A program made the position numbers and the translations under genes. This document shows, one piece after another, positions 14,718-23,057 of a stretch of DNA of 32,000 bases. The stretch comes from Aliivibrio fischeri ES114. Lineage in GTDB: Bacteria; Pseudomonadota; Gammaproteobacteria; Enterobacterales; Vibrionaceae. The notes beneath the pieces were generated by a model. That model had not been told where the DNA came from, made no database searches, and worked only from the letters and a program-made list of their open reading frames with translations. Each line of letters opens with the position of its first letter. The first letter of the stretch is position 1. The stretch is from NCBI RefSeq assembly GCF_000011805.1, contig NC_006840.2; one strand, 5' to 3'.

Positions 14718-14733
14718 TTCTTCAAAAATATAA

Positions 14734-14765
14734 AAAGGTGGCATAATTGCCACCTTCGTTTTTAA
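14734..14765 (+). terminator. Hairpin, possible weak intrinsic terminator between fmt and rsmB
   Basis: AAGGTGGCATAATTGCCACCTTCGTTTTT: 8-bp stem with a short interrupted T tract. Confidence 0.55.
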
Positions 14766-14821
14766 ATGGCAAATATCGTATTTGCCTTTTTATTTTTGCC
14801 AACCATATTTTAGGTGATGAC

Positions 14822-16102
14822 ATGAACGTTCGTGCTGCGGCAGCCAAAGTTATTTATCAAGTTGTCGATCAGGGTCATTCTCTCTCTTCAGCGCTTCCAA
14901 AAGCTCAATCTGAGATCAAACCTCGTGACCAAGCTTTACTGCAAGAGATCTGCTATGGCGTACTGCGCTTTCTTCCTCGTTTAGAGTCTGTTGCTCAATC
15001 ATTAATGGATAAACCATTAAAGGGAAAACAACGAGTATTCCATCATCTAATTCTTGTGGGTATTTACCAACTGAGTTTCATGCGTATTCCTGCACACGCA
15101 GCAGTAGCGGAAACCGTTGAAGGTACAAAGAATTTAAAAGGTCCAAAACTACGCGGACTGATCAACGCGGTATTACGTAATTATCAACGTAGCCAAGAAG
15201 AGTTGGATGCGAAATCAGTAAGCCATGACTCAGGAAAATATGGTCATCCGGGCTGGTTATTGAAAATGCTACAACAAGCTTACCCAGAACAATGGGAAAA
15301 TATTGTTGAAGCCAATAACAGTAAAGCACCAATGTGGTTACGTGTTAATAGCCAACACCACACTCGCGATGAATATATAGCTCTACTTGAAAAAGAAGAG
15401 ATCAGTGTTACGCCACACAGCCAAGCGACGGATGCTCTGTTATTAGATAAAGCGCGTGATGTATATACACTTCCTGGCTTTGAGCAAGGTTGGGTATCAG
15501 TACAAGATGCTGCTGCTCAATTATCAGCAGAGTACCTACAACCTCAAAATGGCGAATTAATTCTTGATTGCTGTGCTGCTCCTGGTGGTAAAACAGCGCA
15601 CATTCTAGAACGCACACAAGATACAAGTGTGGTTGCCATTGATTGTGATGAAACACGTTTAAAACGAGTTTATGAAAACTTAGAACGCTTAAACCTTAAA
15701 GCACAAGTTATTTGTGGTGATGCTCGCCATCCAGAAGAATGGTGGAAAGGCGAACAATTTGACCGCATTTTATTGGACGCACCTTGTTCTGCAACAGGGG
15801 TTATTCGTCGTCACCCAGACATCAAGTGGTTACGTCGTTCAGAAGACATTAAAGCACTGGCTGAACTGCAAAGTGAAATCTTTGATGCTATGTGGTTACA
15901 GTTAAAGTCTGGCGGCACCATGGTTTATGCGACTTGTTCAATTACGCCTTTAGAAAACTGCGATCAGGTAAAAGCGTTTTTAGCACGAACAAGTGATGCA
16001 ACATTAATTGATAATACAGATCCTGAAAAACCAGGACGTCAAATTCTTCCAGGTGAAGAGAATATGGACGGCTTCTACTACGCTGTTCTACAAAAAGCCT
16101 AA
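14822..16102 (+). CDS. rsmB: 16S rRNA (cytosine(967)-C(5))-methyltransferase
   Basis: NusB-like N-terminus plus methyltransferase motifs ([45 protein letters not shown]). Start moved from 14747 to MNVRAAAAK at 14822. Confidence 0.95.
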   Translation: MNVRAAAAKVIYQVVDQGHSLSSALPKAQSEIKPRDQALLQEICYGVLRFLPRLESVAQSLMDKPLKGKQRVFHHLILVGIYQLSFMRIPAHAAVAETVEGTKNLKGPKLRGLINAVLRNYQRSQEELDAKSVSHDSGKYGHPGWLLKMLQQAYPEQWENIVEANNSKAPMWLRVNSQHHTRDEYIALLEKEEISVTPHSQATDALLLDKARDVYTLPGFEQGWVSVQDAAAQLSAEYLQPQNGELILDCCAAPGGKTAHILERTQDTSVVAIDCDETRLKRVYENLERLNLKAQVICGDARHPEEWWKGEQFDRILLDAPCSATGVIRRHPDIKWLRRSEDIKALAELQSEIFDAMWLQLKSGGTMVYATCSITPLENCDQVKAFLARTSDATLIDNTDPEKPGRQILPGEENMDGFYYAVLQKA

Positions 16103-16126
16103 TCGGAATACGAGCGAGCAAACGGT

Positions 16127-17503
16127 ATGAAAATCATCATCTTAGGTGCGGGTCAAGTGGGCGGCACATTAGCTGAGAACTTGGTGGGCGAAAACAACGA
16201 TATTACGGTTGTTGATAAGAGCTCTGAACGACTGCGTGAGTTGCAAGATAAATACGATTTACGTGTAGTTCAAGGGTTTGCTAGTCACCCAGATACATTA
16301 AGAGAAGCCGGTGCACAAGATGCCGATATGTTAGTTGCCGTCACTAATTCCGACGAAACGAACATGATCGCCTGTCAAATTGCATTTACTGTATTTAATA
16401 CACCAAACCGTATTGCTCGTATTCGTTCTCCTGAATATTTAAGAGAAAAAGAACGCCTTTTCCAATCAGATGCGATTCCAGTTGATCATTTGATCGCTCC
16501 AGAAGAACTCGTTACTGGATACATCGAACGCTTAATCGAATACCCAGGTGCACTTCAAGTAGCCAGCTTTGCAGAGAAGAAAGTAAGTCTTGTTGCTGTT
16601 AAAGCCTATTACGGTGGTCCTCTCGTCGGTAATGCGTTATCCGCACTTCGTGATCACATGCCTCATATTGATACTCGTGTTGCGGCTATTTTCCGTCAAG
16701 GCCGACCAATTCGCCCTCAGGGAACGACCGTTATCGAAGCTGACGATGAAGTATTCTTTGTTGCAGCAAGTAACCATATCCGTGCAGTAATGAGTGAATT
16801 ACAGCGTTTAGAGCGCCCATACAAACGAATTATGATTGTTGGTGGCGGTAATATCGGAGCAGGTCTTGCGAGACGCTTAGAACAAAACTACAGCGTTAAA
16901 CTGATTGAACGTAATATGAAGCGAGCAGAAGAGTTATCTGAACTGCTTGAAGAAAGCATTGTATTTTGTGGTGATGCTGCAGACCAAGAGCTACTAAGTG
17001 AAGAACACATCGATCAAGTTGATGTGTTCATCGCTGTCACTAACGAAGACGAAGCCAATATCATGTCAGCCATGCTAGCAAAACGCATGGGTGCTAAAAA
17101 AGTCATGGTATTGATTCAACGTGGCGCTTATGTGGATTTAGTGCAGGGTGGCGTTATTGATGTGGCCATCTCACCACAACAAGCGACAATTTCAGCGCTA
17201 TTAACGCATGTTCGTCGTGCTGATATCGTTAACGTATCCTCTCTTCGTCGTGGTGCAGCCGAAGCGATTGAAGCCATTGCACATGGTGATGAAACCACAT
17301 CAAAAGTCGTTGGTAGAGAAGTTCAAAATATAAAACTACCACCAGGCACAACCATTGGTGCAATTGTTCGAGGTGAAGAAGTATTAATCGCACACGATAA
17401 GACCGTGATAGAGCAGGATGATCACGTTGTTATGTTCCTAGTGGATAAGAAATACGTTCAGGATGTAGAACGCTTATTCCAACCGAGTCCGTTCTTCTTA
17501 TAA
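16127..17503 (+). CDS. trkA: Trk system potassium transporter peripheral subunit TrkA
   Basis: 458 aa; two RCK repeats ([19 protein letters not shown]; [19 protein letters not shown]). Confidence 0.97.
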   Translation: MKIIILGAGQVGGTLAENLVGENNDITVVDKSSERLRELQDKYDLRVVQGFASHPDTLREAGAQDADMLVAVTNSDETNMIACQIAFTVFNTPNRIARIRSPEYLREKERLFQSDAIPVDHLIAPEELVTGYIERLIEYPGALQVASFAEKKVSLVAVKAYYGGPLVGNALSALRDHMPHIDTRVAAIFRQGRPIRPQGTTVIEADDEVFFVAASNHIRAVMSELQRLERPYKRIMIVGGGNIGAGLARRLEQNYSVKLIERNMKRAEELSELLEESIVFCGDAADQELLSEEHIDQVDVFIAVTNEDEANIMSAMLAKRMGAKKVMVLIQRGAYVDLVQGGVIDVAISPQQATISALLTHVRRADIVNVSSLRRGAAEAIEAIAHGDETTSKVVGREVQNIKLPPGTTIGAIVRGEEVLIAHDKTVIEQDDHVVMFLVDKKYVQDVERLFQPSPFFL

Positions 17504-17505
17504 TT

Positions 17506-18951
17506 ATGGTTAACTACAAACCGATCCTATTTGTAATAGGGCTTGTTTTATCAAAACTCGCCCTATTTATGTATATCCCGACACTCGTAGCACTGTTTAC
17601 AGGTACTGGTGGTTTTATCGAATTTGGACAAGCGGTTGCCATTACTCACATAGTGGCATTTGCTTGTTTAACTTTGGGCCGCAGCAAACAGTTTAAAATG
17701 AACGTGCGGGATATGTTTTTAATAACAACACTTGTGTGGACCATTGCAAGTGCTTTCGCTGCACTTCCTTTTGTGTTTATTAACCACATCAGCTTTACCG
17801 ACGCTTACTTTGAAACCATGTCAGGCATCACAACGACTGGTTCAACGGTGCTCAGTGGGTTAGATGATATGGCACCAAGTATTTTATTATGGCGTTCAAC
17901 GTTACAGTGGCTAGGTGGTGTAGGTTTTATTGTAATGGCAGTAGCCATCTTACCTATGCTCAATGTCGGTGGTATGCGACTGTTCCAAACGGAATCTTCT
18001 GATTGGTCAGATAAAAGCGCCCCGAGAACCAAATATGTCGCCAAATACATTGTGAATGTGTATTTAAGCTTAACCTTACTGTGTTTCTTAAGCTATTTAG
18101 TGACAGGGATGACACCATTTGAAGCCATAAACCACGCATTTACTACGCTATCCACAGGAGGATACTCCACCTCTGATAGTTCAATGAATCGTTTTTCAAA
18201 TAGCACGCACTGGGTAGCATCATTCTTTATGTTTGCAGGTGGTTTGCCTTTCTTACTCTTTATTCAAGTACTTAAAAAGCGCGATCCCAAAGTTCTCTTT
18301 AAAGATGCTCAGGTCGTTGGGTTTCTAAAATTAGTATTAATCACCAGCTTATTAGTTGCGATTTGGTTAGTGATTCATAATGACTATGCCATTATGGATG
18401 CGTTACGAGTCTCTGTGTTTAATATTGTTTCTGTTGTGACTACAACGGGTTTTGGTTTGGATGACTTTACATCGTGGGGAGCATTCCCTGCCATCATCTT
18501 TGCTTTTGTTATGCTAACAGGTGCATGTTCAGGTTCGACAGCGGGTGGTATAAAAATCTTCCGCTTCCAGATTGCATCAACCATGTTGAATAAACAGATG
18601 ATGAAACTGATCCACCCATCAGGGATCTTTGTTCAACGTTATAATGGCCGTCCAGTAACCGATGACATTGCACGTTCGGTTGTTGCTCTTGTCTTTACCT
18701 TCCTATTAACCATCATCATTATCTCTGCGTTATTAGGTAGCTTAGGACTTGATCCCGTAACGAGTATCACCAGTGCCGTTACTGCTGTTGCTAACGTAGG
18801 TCCAGGTATGGGGCATATTGTTGGCCCAACAGGTAACTTTGCAACACTACCAGATACGGCAAAATGGATACTCAGTATTGGAATGTTGATGGGGCGATTA
18901 GAAATTTTAACCGTATTGGTTTTATTCTTCCCAGCCTTTTGGAAGGGTTAA
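17506..18951 (+). CDS. trkH: TrkH family potassium transporter membrane subunit
   Basis: 481 aa polytopic protein immediately after trkA; MSGITTTGSTVLSGL, TTGFGLDDF, ACSGSTAGGIKIFR motifs. Confidence 0.95.
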   Translation: MVNYKPILFVIGLVLSKLALFMYIPTLVALFTGTGGFIEFGQAVAITHIVAFACLTLGRSKQFKMNVRDMFLITTLVWTIASAFAALPFVFINHISFTDAYFETMSGITTTGSTVLSGLDDMAPSILLWRSTLQWLGGVGFIVMAVAILPMLNVGGMRLFQTESSDWSDKSAPRTKYVAKYIVNVYLSLTLLCFLSYLVTGMTPFEAINHAFTTLSTGGYSTSDSSMNRFSNSTHWVASFFMFAGGLPFLLFIQVLKKRDPKVLFKDAQVVGFLKLVLITSLLVAIWLVIHNDYAIMDALRVSVFNIVSVVTTTGFGLDDFTSWGAFPAIIFAFVMLTGACSGSTAGGIKIFRFQIASTMLNKQMMKLIHPSGIFVQRYNGRPVTDDIARSVVALVFTFLLTIIIISALLGSLGLDPVTSITSAVTAVANVGPGMGHIVGPTGNFATLPDTAKWILSIGMLMGRLEILTVLVLFFPAFWKG

Positions 18952-18964
18952 CACAGTAACAATG

Positions 18965-18999
18965 AAAAATGACCTAGTATTTCTACTAGGCCATTTTTA
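18965..18999. terminator. Bidirectional terminator between convergent trkH and trhA
   Basis: AAAATGACCTAGTATTTCTACTAGGCCATTTTT: stem with A/T tracts on both sides. Confidence 0.75.
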
Positions 19000-19013
19000 T
19001 TTATAAACAGGTA

Positions 19014-19661
19014 TTAAACCGGCTTTACGTAATAATAAATCGACAAGAATTGAGTAACACAGCCACCTAATACAAATAAGTGCCAAATAGCATGGTTATA
19101 TGGGATCTTTTTGGCGACATAAAAAATAACACCTAAAGAATAAATCACACCACCAAGTCCCAGCAAAATCACACCGTTAATATCGATATGAATAACCAAT
19201 TGATACACAGCAATCACTGATAACCATCCCATTATGAGATAGGTAATTAGCGATAATTTTTTAAATCGATATACAAATACAATTTTTCCAATAATACCAA
19301 TAAGCGCAATAGCCCAAATCACACCCATCAACCAGTAGGCTAATGGTGTTCTCAAACTCACCAATAAATAGGGTGTATAGCTACCGGCAATCAAAAGAAA
19401 AATCGCACAATGATCCAAGGTTTTTAATAATCTTTTCGCTTTAGGTGCGGCAATAGAATGGTAAAGCGTCGACGCTAAAAAAAGTAAAATAATACTCGCA
19501 CCATAAACAGACATACTGGTTATGGTTAGCCAATCCGCATTAGCTGCATTGGCTTTTAAAAGCAATAAGATTAAAGCAACAACACCAAAAACCATCCCTA
19601 AAGCATGGCTTAAACTGTTCGCTAATTCTTCTTTTTTTGAATATGGAGCGGAGGTAGGCAT
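19014..19661 (-). CDS. trhA: Hemolysin III family protein (TrhA/YqfA-like, PAQR superfamily)
   Basis: 215 aa, about 7 TM; [51 protein letters not shown]. Confidence 0.9.
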   Translation of the reverse strand: MPTSAPYSKKEELANSLSHALGMVFGVVALILLLLKANAANADWLTITSMSVYGASIILLFLASTLYHSIAAPKAKRLLKTLDHCAIFLLIAGSYTPYLLVSLRTPLAYWLMGVIWAIALIGIIGKIVFVYRFKKLSLITYLIMGWLSVIAVYQLVIHIDINGVILLGLGGVIYSLGVIFYVAKKIPYNHAIWHLFVLGGCVTQFLSIYYYVKPV

Positions 19662-19760
19662 AATTATCTCATAGAGTGATTACTCGATAAGATCAGTATG
19701 ACACATTTAAGCGTACAGTTGTAAGCTTAAATGTGTCATTTTTTTCATCAAACCTATCAA

Positions 19761-20549
19761 TTAGGTGGTTTGATTTAAGAAATCAATCACTTGCTTCCCT
19801 GCTTCTTCTGGCGTTAAACGGGTTGAAAGACTTAATTTTCTTTTTAACTCACCACGCCCAAGCATTGATGATAATAAGCCTCGCGCACCACCTTTATGTC
19901 TTCTGTCTATCTCAAACCATAATTGCAACTCATCCGCTGTTCTATGAGCAATCATTTCAAGCTCTCGCCAGCTACCATGATAAGGGCCATCAAAAGGCAC
20001 AAACTCAAACTCTTGCACAAAAGGTAAATCAAACCCTTTAACGTGCTCACATTCAACCTGACGGATCCGCAAGCCTTCAGTTTCTAAGGCGGTTAATACA
20101 CCATCAAAGAGATCATCAGGACGAACAGTAATAGGGTCTTTATCTGTTGGATCTAAACCAAGAGAAATATCTAACCCTGTTTGAACCCACACTTTGGCAT
20201 CACCAATCGTAATTGGTGTATTTAGTGGAAGATCCAATTCCAATTCAAATTTACGCTCTTGCTTTGGCTCTATCGTAAATGCATAAGGCAAACTCCAATC
20301 CGCCAACACATGAGTTTGCTTAATCATTTGGGTTTGTGAGCCATTTTCACTTTTACGATGAACTTCTTTTTTGTACTGACAACATAATTTCAAATCAATA
20401 TTATCAATATCTTGAGCCGTTGCACCGCCAGTAACTTCAATGGTTACTTGAGCTTTTTGCCCTGGTATCAAAACTTCATGGTGAATGATCGTATCCACAT
20501 TTGCAGAACCAATGCCTAATGACGCTAACGTTTTTTTAAAAAAAGACAT
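19761..20549 (-). CDS. Spo0M-family (sporulation-control, arrestin-like) protein
   Basis: 262 aa MSFFKKTLASLGIGSANVDTIIHHEVLIPGQKAQVTIEVTGG...; characteristic Spo0M N-terminal domain and C-terminal EFVPFDGPY region. Confidence 0.85.
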   Translation of the reverse strand: MSFFKKTLASLGIGSANVDTIIHHEVLIPGQKAQVTIEVTGGATAQDIDNIDLKLCCQYKKEVHRKSENGSQTQMIKQTHVLADWSLPYAFTIEPKQERKFELELDLPLNTPITIGDAKVWVQTGLDISLGLDPTDKDPITVRPDDLFDGVLTALETEGLRIRQVECEHVKGFDLPFVQEFEFVPFDGPYHGSWRELEMIAHRTADELQLWFEIDRRHKGGARGLLSSMLGRGELKRKLSLSTRLTPEEAGKQVIDFLNQTT

Positions 20550-20676
20550 TTTTATCTCCTAACCAATCCATGTTTTATGCTCTTATTATTGCTCAGTTAT
20601 CATAATTACGCTGAGATGCACCTCGACTAATTGACAGTTTATGTTACCCTTATAGGGTGTTTTTTAAACACATAAT

Positions 20677-20778
20677 CCTGACTATTTATTTGGATTGGCG
20701 AAAGCTAAAAAGAGTTTCACCTTGATGTAACTCATAAATAGTTAGGTCATTAATTTGGCCAAGGAAGTGCCTGACTAT
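20677..20778 (+). promoter_or_regulatory. Candidate structured leader RNA with mutually exclusive stems, upstream of the small ORF
   Basis: CCTGACTATTTAT (20677-20689) can pair fully (one G-U) with ATAAATAGTTAGG (20734-20746). Enclosed are TTGGC-GAAA-GCTAA (20695-20708) and GAGTT/AACTC (20712-20716 / 20729-20733). The same ATAGTTAGG can instead pair with a second CCTGACTAT at 20770-20778. Confidence 0.4.
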
Positions 20779-20789
20779 AGAGATAGATA

Positions 20790-20957
20790 ATGCGTCCTAT
20801 GACTGTCAGGTTCTCACGCTCTGCTTCAACACATAGCGTGGATCGTCGTCGCAGCCACTTTGTAAAAGCAGCTGTTGCGAAAAAGAACGTACCTGAAATG
20901 ACTTTAGTGGTTTCAGAAAAAACAGAAACTGAAAAAGAAGTTTCATGTGCGGCATAA
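20790..20957 (+). CDS. Putative small basic protein of 55 aa, unknown function (below the ORF-track length cutoff)
   Basis: ATG at 20790 to TAA at 20957: MRPMTVRFSRSASTHSVDRRRSHFVKAAVAKKNVPEMTLVVSEKTETEKEVSCAA. Followed 3 nt later by a strong intrinsic terminator. Shine-Dalgarno is weak. Confidence 0.5.
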   Translation: MRPMTVRFSRSASTHSVDRRRSHFVKAAVAKKNVPEMTLVVSEKTETEKEVSCAA

Positions 20958-20960
20958 TTT

Positions 20961-20996
20961 AAAAGCGTAGCCTATTGGTTGCGCTTTTTCTTTTTT
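20961..20996 (+). terminator. Strong intrinsic terminator after the small ORF
   Basis: AAAAGCGTAGCC-TATT-GGTTGCGCTTTTTCTTTTTT: about 12-bp stem (two G-U pairs) and long T tract. Confidence 0.85.
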
Positions 20997-21107
20997 AAAA
21001 AGCACTTTTTTCTACATGAGAATCCGATCATTTACTTACTCTAACTGGTATTAACATCCCTTATAACTGATATATACTAACCCTAATAATTATAAGGAGA
21101 ATGCTCA

Positions 21108-21371
21108 ATGAAATGTCACCGCGTAAATGAATTAATCGAATTAATTCACCCTGAATGGAAAAAAGAACCAGAACTAAATCTTATGCAGTTTATTGTAAAA
21201 CTTGCAGAAGAAACAAAATACGAAGGTAAGTTAGAAGACCTTACTGATGATGTTCTAATCTATCACCTAAAAATGCGAAATAGCGAAAAAACAGAAATGA
21301 TCCCAGGTCTTGCTAAAGACCAAGAAGATGATTTTAAAACCGCAATTCTAAAAGCTCGTGGGATTTTATAA
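21108..21371 (+). CDS. yihD: YihD family (DUF1040) protein
   Basis: 87 aa [35 protein letters not shown]...[14 protein letters not shown], very similar to remembered E. coli YihD. Confidence 0.93.
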   Translation: MKCHRVNELIELIHPEWKKEPELNLMQFIVKLAEETKYEGKLEDLTDDVLIYHLKMRNSEKTEMIPGLAKDQEDDFKTAILKARGIL

Positions 21372-21582
21372 GTAACTCACCATGCTATGATCTGGTTTGT
21401 CACCGAACCAGATCGGTTTCCTATCAAATAAAACACACTTTTTTAACTAAATTTGAACCTTCTTACGTATTCCTTTTAGTCATCAGGCTATAATTCATCC
21501 GCAATGTCATCTAGTTACCAAGTAAAAAATAATGCTCAACACTACTCACTTGGTATCATAATAATAATATTTAGGAAGAATA

Positions 21583-23001
21583 ATGAGTCAGGAAAAAATA
21601 GACATCAAGGATGTGACTCCAAAGCAATTTAACCCTAAGACCCATAAATCCAGTAGTGATCGCTTTAATCCAAGCTCTGGAATTTATGTTCGCCAAAGTA
21701 AAGGAACCTTCCAGAAATTGCGCCGCTATGGAGCATGGTTTCTGCTTGCCTTATTTATTCTCACACCTTGGATTTCCTTTGGTGACCGCCAAGCTATTTT
21801 ACTCGATATTGGAAATCAGCAGTTTAGCTTCTTTGGTACGACTCTTTTCCCTCAAGACCTGACTCTTCTCGCGCTTCTTTTTGTGATAGCCGCCTTCGGG
21901 TTGTTTTTTATCACCACTTTTTTAGGACGAGTATGGTGTGGTTATTTGTGTCCACAAACCGTTTGGACTTTCATGTACATTTGGTTTGAAGAAAAATTAG
22001 AAGGCTCAGCCAACAAACGTCGTAAACAAGATCAAATGAAAAAGACACCAAACTTGTTACTTCGAAAAACACTCAAACACCTCGCATGGATTACTATTGC
22101 TATTGCCACTGGCATTACTTTTGTCGGCTATTTTGTTCCTGTAAAAGAACTCGTTGTTGATTTTTTTACTTTCAATAGTGATTTTTTACCTGCATTTTGG
22201 GTTCTTTTCTTTGCTGGCTGTACTTATGGAAACGCAGGTTGGATGCGTTCAATCGTTTGTTTGCATATGTGTCCTTACGCTCGTTTCCAATCAGCCATGT
22301 TTGATAAAGACACTTATATTGTTGGTTATGACCCAAAACGAGGAGAAGCTCGTGGTCCTCGATCACGTAAAAAAGATCCAAAAGAATTAGGATTAGGCGA
22401 CTGTATTGACTGTAATTTATGCGTGCAGGTATGTCCGACAGGCATCGATATCCGTGATGGTCTGCAATACGAATGCATTAACTGTGGCGCTTGTATTGAT
22501 GCGTGTAACGAAACCATGGATAAGATGAAATATGACAAAAACCTTATCAGCTATACCACTGAACATAAATTAGCTGGACATAAAACTCATGTTCTGCGTC
22601 CAAAGTTAATTGGTTATGGTGTCGTTATGTTGCTGATGATAGGGCTATTTATTACTCAAATAGCAACGGTAGAACCTATGGGGCTAGATGTTTTACGCGA
22701 TAGAAACCAATTAGCCAGAATCAGCAGTTCGGGTTTAATCGAAAATACTTACACCTTAAAAATCATTAATAAAACCCAACAAACTCAAGAATACGATCTC
22801 AATGTAACAGGCATTGATAATCTCACTTGGTATGGTTCACAACGTGTGAATGTCAAAGCAGGTGAGGTATTAAGCTTACCGATAAGCTTAGGAGCAAGTG
22901 AAGCCGAATTAAATAAAACCATCACAACAATTGAATTTGAAATAACGAATTCTGATGGCCAAGTGATAAAAGCTGAAAGTCGATTCTTTAAAAAGCTATA
23001 A
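21583..23001 (+). CDS. ccoG: Cytochrome c oxidase accessory protein CcoG (FixG/RdxA-like polyferredoxin)
   Basis: 472 aa; multiple TM, GRVWCGYLCPQTVWT, two 4Fe-4S motifs CIDCNLCVQVCP and CINCGACIDACN, C-terminal Ig-like domain. Confidence 0.93.
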   Translation: MSQEKIDIKDVTPKQFNPKTHKSSSDRFNPSSGIYVRQSKGTFQKLRRYGAWFLLALFILTPWISFGDRQAILLDIGNQQFSFFGTTLFPQDLTLLALLFVIAAFGLFFITTFLGRVWCGYLCPQTVWTFMYIWFEEKLEGSANKRRKQDQMKKTPNLLLRKTLKHLAWITIAIATGITFVGYFVPVKELVVDFFTFNSDFLPAFWVLFFAGCTYGNAGWMRSIVCLHMCPYARFQSAMFDKDTYIVGYDPKRGEARGPRSRKKDPKELGLGDCIDCNLCVQVCPTGIDIRDGLQYECINCGACIDACNETMDKMKYDKNLISYTTEHKLAGHKTHVLRPKLIGYGVVMLLMIGLFITQIATVEPMGLDVLRDRNQLARISSSGLIENTYTLKIINKTQQTQEYDLNVTGIDNLTWYGSQRVNVKAGEVLSLPISLGASEAELNKTITTIEFEITNSDGQVIKAESRFFKKL

Positions 23002-23020
23002 TCACTTTATTACTGACACA

Positions 23021-23046
23021 AAAGGCTCGTAATGAGCCTTTTTTAT
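23021..23046 (+). terminator. Intrinsic terminator after ccoG
   Basis: AAAGGCTCGTAATGAGCCTTTTTTATT. Confidence 0.8.
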
Positions 23047-23057
23047 TGAGAATGACT

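Noticed and set aside
15408-15905. ORFs 15408..15656 (-) and 15714..15905 (+) inside rsmB
   Set aside because: Shadow frames of a confident rsmB CDS.
19733-20041. 102-aa plus-strand ORF antisense to the Spo0M-family gene
   Set aside because: No RBS and a His/Ser/Leu-rich shadow translation. The plus-strand T-run hairpin at 19698-19745 lies before it, so cannot be its terminator.
20722-20730. Minimal ATG-TAA start-stop in the candidate leader (TTG ATG TAA)
   Set aside because: Such trinucleotide pairs are common by chance and no ribosome-binding site precedes it; not enough to claim a regulatory start-stop element.
22154-22538. ORFs 22154..22390 (+), 22172..22381 (-) and 22326..22538 (-) inside ccoG
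   Set aside because: Alternate frames of the ccoG CDS, which has clear 4Fe-4S motifs.
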